Translations under genes and position numbers: made by a program
Notes under the pieces: generated by a model
The model's database searches: none
What the model saw: the letters and a program-made list of their open reading frames with translations, nothing else
What the model was told of the DNA's origin: nothing
Shown here: one piece after another, positions 48,113 to 58,136 of the stretch
How positions within the stretch are numbered: the stretch's first letter is position 1
Layout of the letters: every line of letters begins with the position of its first letter
From: Alphaproteobacteria bacterium
GTDB taxonomy: Bacteria > Pseudomonadota > Alphaproteobacteria > CAAHEQ01 > UBA3637
Direction: 5' to 3'
DNA length: 62,322 nucleotides
Assembly: GCA_017467335.1 (NCBI GenBank)
Contig: JAFTSJ010000040.1
Coordinates: forward strand, 1 to 62,322

Positions 48113-49452
48113 GGATTGTTTTCTTTTAATTGAGAACGTAAAAAACATAAGACACGGTCATTTATAATAATATCTTGCATTTTAAGCGGACGTTTTAAAC
48201 GCATATCTTGGAATATACGAGTTCGGCTGAGAGCAACATATAATTGTCCGTGTGCAAATGTTCCACGGGACAAGTCAATCATGACACGGTCAAGGGTTTT
48301 CCCTTGGGCTTTATGAATAGTTAAGGCATATCCGACTTGTAACGGAAATTGAGTAAATGTTCCATTGAGTTTTTCAATAACTTCATCTGTTTCTTTCCGA
48401 TATTCATACACATAACTTTCCCATGTTTCCCGTTTAACGGCAACGATTCGATTGCTATGAGCCGAATGAACCCAAATACAATCTTCCTGACAATCATGTA
48501 CGATACCGGTTGAACCGTTAATCCAATACGGCGGATTATTTTTGTTAAAAATAATTTGTGTTCCTGTTTTAATTTTTAACAAGACGGGAGCTGGTGTTTC
48601 GGTTTGTTTTTGAAAACTGCCCGTTGATTGGGATTCGTATAAAAATAATTGTCCGTTTAATTTGTTTAACCGTTCTTCATTGATACGTTCGGCCGTTTCT
48701 TTGTATGGTGTAATGGTTATGGCATTTTGTGTATCTGTTTCATCAACTTGTGTATTAAAAAAAGAAACGGTTTTATCTAAATGACGATGATGTCTTAAAT
48801 TGATAAGATGATTGACCAATTCAACATCTTGTTGACGATAAACAGTTGTAAAAAACACTGTTTCAAAACAACCGTTTTTATAGGCTTTCGAATCGAAAAA
48901 ATACGCTTCTTCATGACCGTATTTTGCTCGAAAAATAGGATAAGTTGATGATTTTATAACAGGGGGTAATTGACACAAATCACCAATCAGCAATATTTGT
49001 ATGCCCCCAAACGGTAAAATGGATTGACGGGCTTTTTGTGCTAAAATATGAATGGCATCTAAAATATCAGGACGAATCATGGATGCTTCATCAATAATCA
49101 ATACATCCGTTTTTTTCAAAATATTGGCTGTTTTACGTTTTAATTCCAATTCTTCAGGGATAAAAAAATCTTTTAAAGGTAGTTGAAATAACGAATGTAA
49201 AGTAACTCCGCCGATATGCAATGCTGCCAAAGCTGTTGGGCATGTAATACGAATTTTCTTTTGACTATGCGTTTTTAAATGGCGGATAAAAGTCGATTTA
49301 CCTGTTCCTGCTTGTCCTTGAACGAAATAATTATTAGATGTTGTTTCTATTTTATGAAACAAATCAGCTTGAACGGCGTCTAATGCAAATTCCGGCAGAA
49401 CCTGATTTAAATTTTGATGATAAAAAGAATCATGCATGTTTTGTTTGTTCAT
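48094..49452 (-). CDS. PIF1/RecD-like SF1B helicase
   Basis: GQAGTGKST, DEASM, GDLCQLPPV, TIHKAQGKTL and GQLYVALSR motifs. Confidence 0.92.
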   Translation of the reverse strand: MNKQNMHDSFYHQNLNQVLPEFALDAVQADLFHKIETTSNNYFVQGQAGTGKSTFIRHLKTHSQKKIRITCPTALAALHIGGVTLHSLFQLPLKDFFIPEELELKRKTANILKKTDVLIIDEASMIRPDILDAIHILAQKARQSILPFGGIQILLIGDLCQLPPVIKSSTYPIFRAKYGHEEAYFFDSKAYKNGCFETVFFTTVYRQQDVELVNHLINLRHHRHLDKTVSFFNTQVDETDTQNAITITPYKETAERINEERLNKLNGQLFLYESQSTGSFQKQTETPAPVLLKIKTGTQIIFNKNNPPYWINGSTGIVHDCQEDCIWVHSAHSNRIVAVKRETWESYVYEYRKETDEVIEKLNGTFTQFPLQVGYALTIHKAQGKTLDRVMIDLSRGTFAHGQLYVALSRTRIFQDMRLKRPLKMQDIIINDRVLCFLRSQLKENNPYSSNI

Positions 49453-49516
49453 AAGAAAAGCATATCTGTTTTTTACAAAAACGTCAAAGGTTTTTCATCC
49501 GTTTTTTGTTGCATAT

Positions 49517-49545
49517 AAAAAAACCACCTGAACGGTGGTTTTTTT
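49517..49545. terminator. Terminator downstream of rpmB
   Basis: A7-CCACC-tgaac-GGTGG-T7. Confidence 0.8.
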
Positions 49546-49558
49546 ACATTTGTGTTTA

Positions 49559-49852
49559 TTATAAACCTTTTTTAGCTTTGGCACCGGCAATACGGTTACG
49601 CAATTCCTTTGATTCAGGTGTTAATTTTGAAACCGGTGTGTTTAATAAGTATAAATCTAAACCACCGTTCTTTTCAATTGTACGTAAACCGTGTGATGTA
49701 ATGCGAACATTAACTTGTTGACCCAAAATTTCGCTGTAAATAGCAACGTTTTGCAAGTTCGGCATAAAACGACGACGTGTTTTACGATTTGATTTACTTA
49801 CATTATTTCCTGTTTGAACACCTTTCCCCGTGACGAGGCACTTCTTTGTCAT
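49559..49852 (-). CDS. rpmB: 50S ribosomal protein L28
   Basis: CLVTGKG..GNNVSKSNRKTRRRFMPNLQ and GGLD motifs. Confidence 0.98.
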   Translation of the reverse strand: MTKKCLVTGKGVQTGNNVSKSNRKTRRRFMPNLQNVAIYSEILGQQVNVRITSHGLRTIEKNGGLDLYLLNTPVSKLTPESKELRNRIAGAKAKKGL

Positions 49853-50009
49853 GGTATAATCCCTTTCTAAAAAAAATAAAACTGAAACCCTTTTACACGA
49901 TTTTATTTAAAAAGTCAAGTGTTTTTTATATGTTGTTCTTTTTTATTTTCACCGTTTAAAGAAAAATATCGGATGTGAAAAGTATTTATTATATCATTAT
50001 ACCTGATTT

Positions 50010-50456
50010 TTATTCAGAATCATAATTCATGCGAGGCGGTAAATGACGCAGTCGTACCAAATACGGTTTGTATAATCGGTCTTTACCCAAAATATGTCCT
50101 AAAAACCAAGCACTTAAAAAATGGGCTGTTTTACGTACGATGTAGCGATATTCTTCCAATGTTTTAGCACGGTTGTATGTTTGTCGCAGTTCAGATATAT
50201 TTTGAATAAATTGTTGATGTGATAACGCATGCGATTCTAACCCCGGATAAGAAATGCGTTCCATTAAATCTTCTTCATGCGGAAAGTGTGTGCGGGCATA
50301 TTCATAACATTGTTCAAAAATATTATCAAAGCACATGAAGTCATCTTTTTGAGCGGCTTCTTGTGCTTTGTTAACAACTTTCATAAATGCTTGATGTTCA
50401 TCATCAATCGGCGGATATTGTAAATCCATCTGTTTACGCCATGTTATTTGATTCAT
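50010..50456 (-). CDS. Bacteriohemerythrin
   Basis: IDDEH, HFPHEE.LM, YPGLESHALSH and HILGKD iron-ligand motifs. Confidence 0.9.
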   Translation of the reverse strand: MNQITWRKQMDLQYPPIDDEHQAFMKVVNKAQEAAQKDDFMCFDNIFEQCYEYARTHFPHEEDLMERISYPGLESHALSHQQFIQNISELRQTYNRAKTLEEYRYIVRKTAHFLSAWFLGHILGKDRLYKPYLVRLRHLPPRMNYDSE

Positions 50457-50491
50457 ATTTCTGCCTTTCATGCTGGGCAGAAAATATCAAC

Positions 50492-51595
50492 CTAAACATT
50501 AAAGAGGAAATGAACAACATCGCCGTCTTGCATAACGTAGGTTTTACCTTCCTGCCGTAATTTGCCGTTTTCACGAGAACCGGATTCGCCATTATAAGTC
50601 ACGTAATCCGTATAGGAAATAACTTCGGCTCGAATAAAACCCCGTTCAAAATCAGTATGAATAATACCGGCGGCTTGCGGTGCAGTTGTATTTGATTGCA
50701 TTGTCCAAGCATGGGTTTCTTTCGGTCCGGAAGTAAAAAATGTTTCCAATCCCAATAAACGATACCCTGCTTTTATAATGCGGTTCAAACCTGTTTCTGT
50801 CAAGCCTAACGTATCCAAAAATTCACGTTGTTCATCTAAATCTGTTAATTGGGCAACCTCTGCTTCAATGGCTGCTGAAATGACAACGCTGGAATTGCCT
50901 TGTTCTTGTGCCATTTTTTCCACTTGTGCCGAAAATTCATTACCGGTTGAGGCACTACCTTCATCTACATTACAAACGTATAATACAGGTTTGCCTGTTA
51001 ATAAAAATAACTGGTTAAATAATTTTAATTTGTCTGATTCTGTCGGGCGAGCCAGACGAGCTGGTTTTCCGTTTCGGAGCAATTCCAATACCGGTTGCAT
51101 AACTTCCAACCATTGTTTCGATTCTTTATCACCGGTTTGTGCTTTTTTTTGAATGGGAACAATGCGTTTTTCCATGCTTTCCAAGTCTGCTAACATCAAT
51201 TCTGTTTCAACTGTTTCAGCATCACGAATGGGATTGATTGATCCTTCCACATGCACGATGTTCGAATCATCAAAACATCTTAATACATGTATAATGGCAT
51301 CTACTTCTCGGATGTTTGCCAAAAATTGATTACCTAATCCTTCACCTCGAGAAGCCCCTCGAACCAAACCCGCAATATCGACAAATTCCAATTGTGTCGG
51401 GACAACTTTTTGAGCGTTATCTATTTTTTGTAGGACATCAAGACGTGCATCCGGTACGGCAACACGACCGACATTCGGTTCAATTGTGCAGAACGGATAA
51501 TTTGCAGCCTGTGCCTGAACGGTTGATGTTAAAGCATTAAAAAGCGTTGATTTACCCACATTCGGTAAGCCGACAATGCCACAATTAAATCCCAT
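50492..51595 (-). CDS. ychF: Ribosome-binding ATPase YchF
   Basis: [28 protein letters not shown] and YVMQDGDV motifs. Confidence 0.99.
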   Translation of the reverse strand: MGFNCGIVGLPNVGKSTLFNALTSTVQAQAANYPFCTIEPNVGRVAVPDARLDVLQKIDNAQKVVPTQLEFVDIAGLVRGASRGEGLGNQFLANIREVDAIIHVLRCFDDSNIVHVEGSINPIRDAETVETELMLADLESMEKRIVPIQKKAQTGDKESKQWLEVMQPVLELLRNGKPARLARPTESDKLKLFNQLFLLTGKPVLYVCNVDEGSASTGNEFSAQVEKMAQEQGNSSVVISAAIEAEVAQLTDLDEQREFLDTLGLTETGLNRIIKAGYRLLGLETFFTSGPKETHAWTMQSNTTAPQAAGIIHTDFERGFIRAEVISYTDYVTYNGESGSRENGKLRQEGKTYVMQDGDVVHFLFNV

Positions 51596-51635
51596 AATAA
51601 TATCCTTTCTTTCTATTTATTTTTTTTCTTTTGTT

Positions 51636-52571
51636 TTAAAATTCACGACCACAGCCGGATTGACGTTCTTCCCCGATAATACGAGGACCTTTTTTACGGA
51701 CAGGTTTTATTTTGGATAAAACACTTGTAATGCTTGTTCGTTTTTTTGCGAATCCGAACAGGCTGTAATCAGCACAACGTTTTAAGGGGTCTTTATGATA
51801 AGAACACGTTTCGGAAGAAGAAAGTTTTTCCACCGGCAACGGTAAAGGCATATATCGATTTTGATTTGTTTTGCTTTTAAATATTTTACTGATTTTTTGA
51901 TTGAGTTGCCCTTGTAATAAAGCATTTTTATTGCTGGTTAGTTGATGGGTGTGTTGTTCAATTTTTTTTAATATATTAAAAACAAACGACCCAATAAACC
52001 ATACGATGAAACCAATCATTATAAAATCAAAAACGTTATTAAACGGTTGATTGTTGCGATGTTTATTTTTTTGTTTTTTCACCTTATCGGGTTGATGAGT
52101 GGGAGCTGTCTGTAAAAAATTTTGTGCTGTTTTTACGGCTTCAACAAATCCTGTACTGAAATCCCGCCGAGTTGCATACTCAATCAATTGTTGCATAATG
52201 ACATCCCGCCGATTTTTTTGCAGGAAACGATTCTTTTTGGGGCCTATGACGGCAATTCGTTTTGTTTGACGTGCTAATCCGATAAATAAGGTGTTGTCTA
52301 TTTCATTTTGAGGAATGCCCCATCTTGTCATTAAATCTGAAAAATAAGCATCTCCTTCTCCTCTGTCTGAATGGAGGGTAACAATCAAAATACGAGGATT
52401 GGTTTGATGTCGAATCATTTGCTGAATTTTAAATTCATCAGCCCCTGATATTAAATCTGCTTCATCAATAATCGGGGGTGTATAAGCAGGAATGTCAACA
52501 GCATGTGAAATTTTAGCACTTGATAAGAAAACAAAAAGTCCTAAACAAATATAATGGATGTATTTTTTCAT
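51636..52571 (-). CDS. TPM-domain membrane protein
   Basis: Signal peptide, IIDEADLIS...ILIVTL TPM-like domain, a TM helix and a C-terminal SGCGREF tail. Confidence 0.7.
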   Translation of the reverse strand: MKKYIHYICLGLFVFLSSAKISHAVDIPAYTPPIIDEADLISGADEFKIQQMIRHQTNPRILIVTLHSDRGEGDAYFSDLMTRWGIPQNEIDNTLFIGLARQTKRIAVIGPKKNRFLQKNRRDVIMQQLIEYATRRDFSTGFVEAVKTAQNFLQTAPTHQPDKVKKQKNKHRNNQPFNNVFDFIMIGFIVWFIGSFVFNILKKIEQHTHQLTSNKNALLQGQLNQKISKIFKSKTNQNRYMPLPLPVEKLSSSETCSYHKDPLKRCADYSLFGFAKKRTSITSVLSKIKPVRKKGPRIIGEERQSGCGREF

Positions 52572-52588
52572 GTTGACCTCTCGACATG

Positions 52589-53143
52589 TTATTTTATTTT
52601 ATTCATAAAACAACTGCCGTCTTTTGTCAATAATGTTGGAAGTTCTATGGCTGTTTTTGTGATTAAGTCATCTAAAATATTTCGGTCTGTTGTTGAAAAT
52701 TTAGATAAAACCCAGTCAATAACTTGTTCTTTGACAGCCGGTTTTGAAACGCCGATTCGAACACGTGTATATCCGTTTCCGATATGTGAATCGATACTTT
52801 TTATCCCATTGTGTCCACCGGACCCACCACCTGTTTTAACTTTTATTTTTCCAACCGGTAAATCCATATCATCATGAAAAACAATTACTTTTTCCGGCGG
52901 TATTTTAAAAAAACGACAAATGGCTCCAACCGATTCGCCTGATAAATTCATATACGTCATCGGCTTTAAAATCATGACTTTTTCTTGTTGAACGGTTCCG
53001 TCAGCGTAAACGCCTTTAAATTTAGATTTAAAACCGGAAAAATGATGGCGGCGAACAATTTCGTCCACCGCCATAAATCCGACATTGTGGCGGGTTTCGG
53101 CATATTCGGTTCCCGGATTTCCTAGACCAACCAACAAAAACAT
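52589..53143 (-). CDS. pth: Peptidyl-tRNA hydrolase
   Basis: GLGNPG, TRHNVGF, KPMTYMNLSG and GGHNGIKS motifs. Confidence 0.99.
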   Translation of the reverse strand: MFLLVGLGNPGTEYAETRHNVGFMAVDEIVRRHHFSGFKSKFKGVYADGTVQQEKVMILKPMTYMNLSGESVGAICRFFKIPPEKVIVFHDDMDLPVGKIKVKTGGGSGGHNGIKSIDSHIGNGYTRVRIGVSKPAVKEQVIDWVLSKFSTTDRNILDDLITKTAIELPTLLTKDGSCFMNKIK

Positions 53144-53145
53144 GA

Positions 53146-53745
53146 TTATTTGGCTTCTGTTGTAGCAGCGTCAGATGAATCAGACATTTGAGAAGCAACA
53201 ATTGTTGCAACTGTGAAATCTTCGGTTGCTGCTAATTTGACACCGGCCGGTAATTCAATTGAGAAAGCCGTAATGGATGTACCCATTTCAACTTTTGATA
53301 AATCGATAACAAATGCTTCCGGAATGTTATCGGCTTTACATTTGGCTTCCAATGTTCTATGAACAACGTTCAAGATACCGCCTAATTTAATGCCCGGACA
53401 TGTTGCTTCGTTTTCGAAACGAACAGGAATATCCAATGTTAATTCGGCATCTTTTGAAATACGCAGAAAATCGACATGCATCGGACGAGAAGAAACCGGA
53501 TGTTTTTGAATGTCTTGACACAAAACATGGTTGTTTTGACCGTCAACAACGATATTGAATTGACGTGTCCATAAACCTTTTTTAGCCATTTCAGCAACAA
53601 TAACTTTTTCTTCCAAAGCGATGATTAACGGTTCTTTTTTATCTCCGTAAATAACGGCAGGAACGAACCCTTCACGACGTTTAGCGCGAGAGGCCCCCTT
53701 ACCAGCTTTTTCACGTTTGACTGCGTTTAATTGAGAAACTTGCAT
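53146..53745 (-). CDS. rplY: 50S ribosomal protein L25/CTC
   Basis: GKGASRAKRREGFVPAVIYG and HVDFLR motifs. Start at 53745. Confidence 0.97.
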   Translation of the reverse strand: MQVSQLNAVKREKAGKGASRAKRREGFVPAVIYGDKKEPLIIALEEKVIVAEMAKKGLWTRQFNIVVDGQNNHVLCQDIQKHPVSSRPMHVDFLRISKDAELTLDIPVRFENEATCPGIKLGGILNVVHRTLEAKCKADNIPEAFVIDLSKVEMGTSITAFSIELPAGVKLAATEDFTVATIVASQMSDSSDAATTEAK

Positions 53746-53876
53746 AATAATTTCCTTATAAAAAAATAAAAAAAACAAAGAAAAATCCTCCAGGGGTGAA
53801 TTAATCTTTGACTTTTGCCTTTACAAAAGTGCATATCTTATACACTTTTTTTTGTGTAATTGCAAGTAAAATTTAC

Positions 53877-54527
53877 TTAATCGGTATTTTTTGCCACCAT
53901 TTGTTCAATGAGGGCTTTTATCGGGGCATATGAACGGCGGTGATAGGGTGTTATACCATGTTGAGCAAGGGCTTGAATATGTTCTTTTGTGCCATAACCG
54001 GCATTTCTGTCCCATCCGTAGTGGGGATAAATTTGTGCCAGTTCGCACATGATTCTATCCCGTGTTACTTTGGCAAGAATTGAAGCTGTTGCGACAGATA
54101 ATGACAAATGGTCCCCTTTAATGACACATTGACAGGGTACAGGCCAATCTTTGGGAAGGCGATTCCCGTCAATTAACGCATGTGTCGGCTTGATATGAAA
54201 TGTTTGACAGGCATTTTCCATGGCTCGTTTCATAGCCAAAAAAGTGGCTTGTAAAATATTTAGCGAATCAATTTCTTCTGCTGAGGCATAGCCAATGCCA
54301 TAGATACAAGATGATCGTTTGATTTCTTCAAATAATCGTTCTCTTTTCAGACCGGATAATTTTTTAGAATCGTCAATTTGTTGTTTTAGCGAAACGGGAA
54401 TATCCTGATTTTGCCAACAAGCACAAGCAGCAACAACCGGCCCGCACCATGGACCTCGACCGGCTTCGTCAAACCCGAAAACGGTAGCATTGTTTCCTAA
54501 ACGTGACTCGATAGCAAAATCAGGCAT
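53877..54527 (-). CDS. rnhB: Ribonuclease HII
   Basis: GFDEAGRGPWCGPV, DDSKKLS, IKGD and ASILAKVTRD motifs. Confidence 0.98.
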   Translation of the reverse strand: MPDFAIESRLGNNATVFGFDEAGRGPWCGPVVAACACWQNQDIPVSLKQQIDDSKKLSGLKRERLFEEIKRSSCIYGIGYASAEEIDSLNILQATFLAMKRAMENACQTFHIKPTHALIDGNRLPKDWPVPCQCVIKGDHLSLSVATASILAKVTRDRIMCELAQIYPHYGWDRNAGYGTKEHIQALAQHGITPYHRRSYAPIKALIEQMVAKNTD

Positions 54528-54536
54528 ATTTTTATC

Positions 54537-56345
54537 CTATTCTTGAGGAAATGCAAAGGACTCATCATCTGTTAATTGATCACTATCAGACATTTCTATC
54601 AAATCAGATACATTATCGTCAGAAAAAGAAATATCTTCCATTGATGAGTCGGATGCCTTCATCCCTTCGAAAAAACCAACAAAAAACAATGTAATAAATG
54701 AGTATCGGTCTTCTTTTATCAGTTGTTGACCTTCATTTAAAATAGGTTGTAATAATTTTTCTTTGAGAACTTTATCATAACCGATTTGTTGTAAAACAGT
54801 CGCTAATTGTTCTAAACGAATGGTATGTACTTTGCCGTTTTCTTCGGTAATAGACGCTGTATCAGGATTGACGAACGTTATTTTATATTTTTGATTGTTT
54901 TGTCCTGATACGGTGATATTTCCGGCAATATAACGATCATTCGGACGAACGTTTATTTTTTCACTTTGAGCCAAAATCGTACCATCAGCTCCAATGAGTT
55001 TGAAATCTTTTAAAATGATTTCCTGAGGCATGGATAAAGTCGGATCTTGTCCGTATGTCATACCGATAACCATGTAATCTTTTGTCGTTTCGGCCTTTGC
55101 TAAACTTTCTTGTAGTTTAGATAGGTGAGGAATATTGATTTCTTCGGTTACTGATAACATCGGTTTTGCCGATTGAGGATAACGCACATCTATTTGAATA
55201 CCGTTTTGTGCTGCTTTAAATTCCAAAATAGGTTTTTCATCCGGATTGTAAAGAGTCAAATTTGTTTCATCAGATACTTTTAACAAAGCCGGTTGAATCT
55301 TCCCTTGCAAGGAAAGATCCTTTGTTCCATGAGGTGTTAAAAAGAGTAATTCATTTAATGACGTGTTTTTGAGTACCGGAAATAATTTTTCAAAATCATT
55401 ATCTTTGCTGACCTGAACACCCGTTTCTATTAAGGAAGCAATATCGTCAAATTGGATACTTCCTTTAAAAATATCTTTATCTTGTTTATTAGGAACATTC
55501 AGTGAAACAGTTTGGTTGTCATCACTGATTGTTAAAACAACTTTGTTGGGTGTATAGTGTGTTTGTAAAACATTAAAAGCTTCTTCACCGATTAAATCAG
55601 ATGGAACAGTAAAATTTTTTGCTTTATGTTGTAAATCTGTTACAGTTATTGATGTTGTTTTGGTAAACCGAGGGAAATTAAAGGCTCCGTCCCATTTCAC
55701 GGTTACTGTATCATCACCACCTTTTATTTGTTCAATAGATAAACAACGTAACGCTGCTACCGTACGGTCAATGTCATCATTGATGAAGAAAACTTCATAT
55801 AGCTTATCATCTTGACAAAGAAGGCGTCCATCCATTAACACGCCCCCATCCGAAACATGGGCAGAAAATTTACCATCCGCAAAGGCTGTTATTGTCATAT
55901 CTTCAATTCCTTCAATCGGACCGTCCAAAATATTATTTTTGTATGTGATTGAATAATGTTCAATATTTGAAACAATTATATTGGCTTTACCTTCTTTTTT
56001 ACCTTTTTCATAGGGAATTTCTATACGGGATTTATCGTAGTAAACAGTTTCGGTTCCGTTTTTGATACCGTTTAAATAGGTGACTTTGCGTCTTAATGTT
56101 CCATTATCAAGATATTGTTTTTCTTCCCCGTTTTTTATACCGTTTACGTATGTTGCTTCCAGTTGTAATTGTCCGTTCGGATGATATTCTTTGTGATAAC
56201 CGTTTTTCTTAAAAAAGGAACGTTGTGTTTCGGATTTTAAGACTCCATTCGGATAATACGTTTTAATCGGCATATCTCCATAGATAAGAGCTGCTGCCCC
56301 TCCTAAAACAGCCAAAGCAACAGTTGCAAATAAAATTTTTTTCAT
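54537..56345 (-). CDS. Exported protein with MORN-variant (YwqK-like) repeats
   Basis: N-terminal TM/signal segment and YYPNG, YHPNG and YLDNG repeats. Start at 56345 follows a GGGAG RBS. Confidence 0.75.
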   Translation of the reverse strand: MKKILFATVALAVLGGAAALIYGDMPIKTYYPNGVLKSETQRSFFKKNGYHKEYHPNGQLQLEATYVNGIKNGEEKQYLDNGTLRRKVTYLNGIKNGTETVYYDKSRIEIPYEKGKKEGKANIIVSNIEHYSITYKNNILDGPIEGIEDMTITAFADGKFSAHVSDGGVLMDGRLLCQDDKLYEVFFINDDIDRTVAALRCLSIEQIKGGDDTVTVKWDGAFNFPRFTKTTSITVTDLQHKAKNFTVPSDLIGEEAFNVLQTHYTPNKVVLTISDDNQTVSLNVPNKQDKDIFKGSIQFDDIASLIETGVQVSKDNDFEKLFPVLKNTSLNELLFLTPHGTKDLSLQGKIQPALLKVSDETNLTLYNPDEKPILEFKAAQNGIQIDVRYPQSAKPMLSVTEEINIPHLSKLQESLAKAETTKDYMVIGMTYGQDPTLSMPQEIILKDFKLIGADGTILAQSEKINVRPNDRYIAGNITVSGQNNQKYKITFVNPDTASITEENGKVHTIRLEQLATVLQQIGYDKVLKEKLLQPILNEGQQLIKEDRYSFITLFFVGFFEGMKASDSSMEDISFSDDNVSDLIEMSDSDQLTDDESFAFPQE

Positions 56346-56428
56346 ATTTTTTCTCCCGTCAATATTAAACATGACGTGATTATATGAAAATTTGTATGTT
56401 CCGTCAATCAATTTATCCGTACTTTATG

Positions 56429-57349
56429 TCAGATAATATTTTTTTTCTTTAAAAAGACCCAAATACCGATGCAACACAATAATCCGGTGCCTGCCATTAT
56501 AAAAGCAAGGCCGGTATGATACAAATGATGTATATTTTGAAAATAAAACAACAAAATGCGTAAAATGATAAAAAATCCCGTTACATTGAATAGTATTGTT
56601 CGGCGAGCTGTAACGGCGAAAAAAAGTAATATACCTAAAAAAGCCAAAGACAATAAAAATCCCTGATAAGGTTTATTCATGGCAATATCACCTAGAAAAA
56701 CAATCGGAAAATACAAAAAAATTGACCAGTGATATAAACTGACGGCAAATTTATCCGTAAAGAAATGAGACAGATAAATCAAGCAGATTAAAATACCGCC
56801 TAATAACGTTGTTGCAAACAAAGGACTTTGTTCAAAAAACAATAACAATAGTTCCAATTTCATGTAGCCGATAACACCCCCGAAAAACAATGGAATCCAC
56901 AAAAAAGCCAATAATCGGTGTTTGCTTAACAAAACGATACCAAACGACAAAAATAACCATAAAAACAAACCGGTTGAACCGTTAACAGGTAAGTTAAATA
57001 TCTGTGCGACAAGACCAATACCGCCTCCAATCATGAAAAAGGCAACGCATAAAGCAACTTCGGCTATTTTTTGTTTTTCTTTTTTGATAGCCAAAGCCGA
57101 AAATATTAAACTACTGAATAAAAGAAGCGTTGCTACGCCCAATTTAATACTTTCGGGGATTGTGTGCCAAAACGATCCGATTAAAGACCCGATGCCTAAA
57201 ATTAACAAAAAAATACCTAACCAAACAAAACTAAAAAAAACAAATGGTTTGCGAGCCATGTGTTCTTGTTCTAAAATTTGTTCTCGTTGTGCCATGGAAA
57301 TAATATTTTTATTGACCCAACGGCGTGTTTTTTTATCTAAACTAATCAT
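56429..57349 (-). CDS. DUF2157-like membrane protein
   Basis: RWVNKNIIS..QREQIL N-terminus, LVAQIFNL motif and multiple TMs. Confidence 0.75.
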   Translation of the reverse strand: MISLDKKTRRWVNKNIISMAQREQILEQEHMARKPFVFFSFVWLGIFLLILGIGSLIGSFWHTIPESIKLGVATLLLFSSLIFSALAIKKEKQKIAEVALCVAFFMIGGGIGLVAQIFNLPVNGSTGLFLWLFLSFGIVLLSKHRLLAFLWIPLFFGGVIGYMKLELLLLFFEQSPLFATTLLGGILICLIYLSHFFTDKFAVSLYHWSIFLYFPIVFLGDIAMNKPYQGFLLSLAFLGILLFFAVTARRTILFNVTGFFIILRILLFYFQNIHHLYHTGLAFIMAGTGLLCCIGIWVFLKKKNII

Positions 57350-57420
57350 ATTTCCTCCTAACTGCTATTATGGTATCAGATAGGAAAGAGAAGTGTCGAA
57401 CTCAATAATTGTAATAAAAT

Positions 57421-57714
57421 TTATTGAAAAATAACTTTGACAGACGGATCGCCCATATTTAAAATACGCAACGCCGATTCGGAAAGTTGGTCTAAATCAA
57501 GTGATTTTGGAGAAAGAGCATTGACTTTGGCTTGTAATAATTCTTTGGTTGAAGCACTTTCCTGTTTAATTTTATCGGCATAAGCAATTTCTTCCCGAAT
57601 TTGAATCATTCGGCGAATACCGTGATTACCTTGTACTGCGTGAAAGATAAAATAGGCGGTCATCAACACACAAATAAAAGGGATAAGCCATGCTCGTGAA
57701 AAAAACATCATCAA
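57421..57714 (-). CDS. ftsB: Septum formation initiator FtsB/DivIC
   Basis: YFIFHAVQGNHG, a coiled coil and a LDLDQLSE motif. Confidence 0.8.
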   Translation of the reverse strand: MMMFFSRAWLIPFICVLMTAYFIFHAVQGNHGIRRMIQIREEIAYADKIKQESASTKELLQAKVNALSPKSLDLDQLSESALRILNMGDPSVKVIFQ

Positions 57715-57750
57715 TCCTCTCTTAAATCAAAAGACATGTTTAACTTTTTT

Positions 57751-57918
57751 TTATCGAAATGTCAAGGCTGGAGGTGTTTGATTTTCTGACAGGTCGATAA
57801 CGATGGTGTGTTTTTCCTTATGGTGGAAACAACTTCTTAATGTGAAGCCTAACCAAATTCCCAATATAACAGCCCCAAAGAAAACCAAACGGGCAAAATA
57901 CAAACGATATAAATCCAT
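57751..57918 (-). CDS. Small single-TM membrane protein (55 aa), below the ORF-track cutoff
   Basis: Translates as MDLYRLYFARLVFFGAVILGIWLGFTLRSCFHHKEKHTIVIDLSENQTPPALTFR, with an AAAGGT RBS, co-oriented with ftsB. Confidence 0.55.
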   Translation of the reverse strand: MDLYRLYFARLVFFGAVILGIWLGFTLRSCFHHKEKHTIVIDLSENQTPPALTFR

Positions 57919-58066
57919 TTTGAATACCTTTATAGTTACTGGTTTAAAGGATAATCAAAAATTGATTTATGTTCAACGTTTTTTTAAGTCAAAAAGAAAA
58001 AAACATACAATTTTATTTGTTTTTTCAAGGAGTAAGCAAAAAATTGAAAAAAAATTTGTTTTAGAT

Positions 58067-58095
58067 GTTGCGAAATACGATGTTATGCCCTATAT
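58067..58095 (+). promoter_or_regulatory. Putative RpoH (sigma32)-type promoter of dnaK
   Basis: GTTGCG-N16-CCTATAT, similar to the alphaproteobacterial CTTG...CCTATAT heat-shock consensus. No CIRCE element was seen. Confidence 0.45.
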
Positions 58096-58136
58096 AACAT
58101 CAAACAATCGTTTTTTTTAATTAAAGGAGAAAAATT

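Noticed and set aside
57803-58120. 105-aa plus-strand ORF upstream of dnaK
   Set aside because: No RBS and Lys/Phe-rich AT-derived composition. It overlaps the dnaK promoter and a better minus-strand small ORF.
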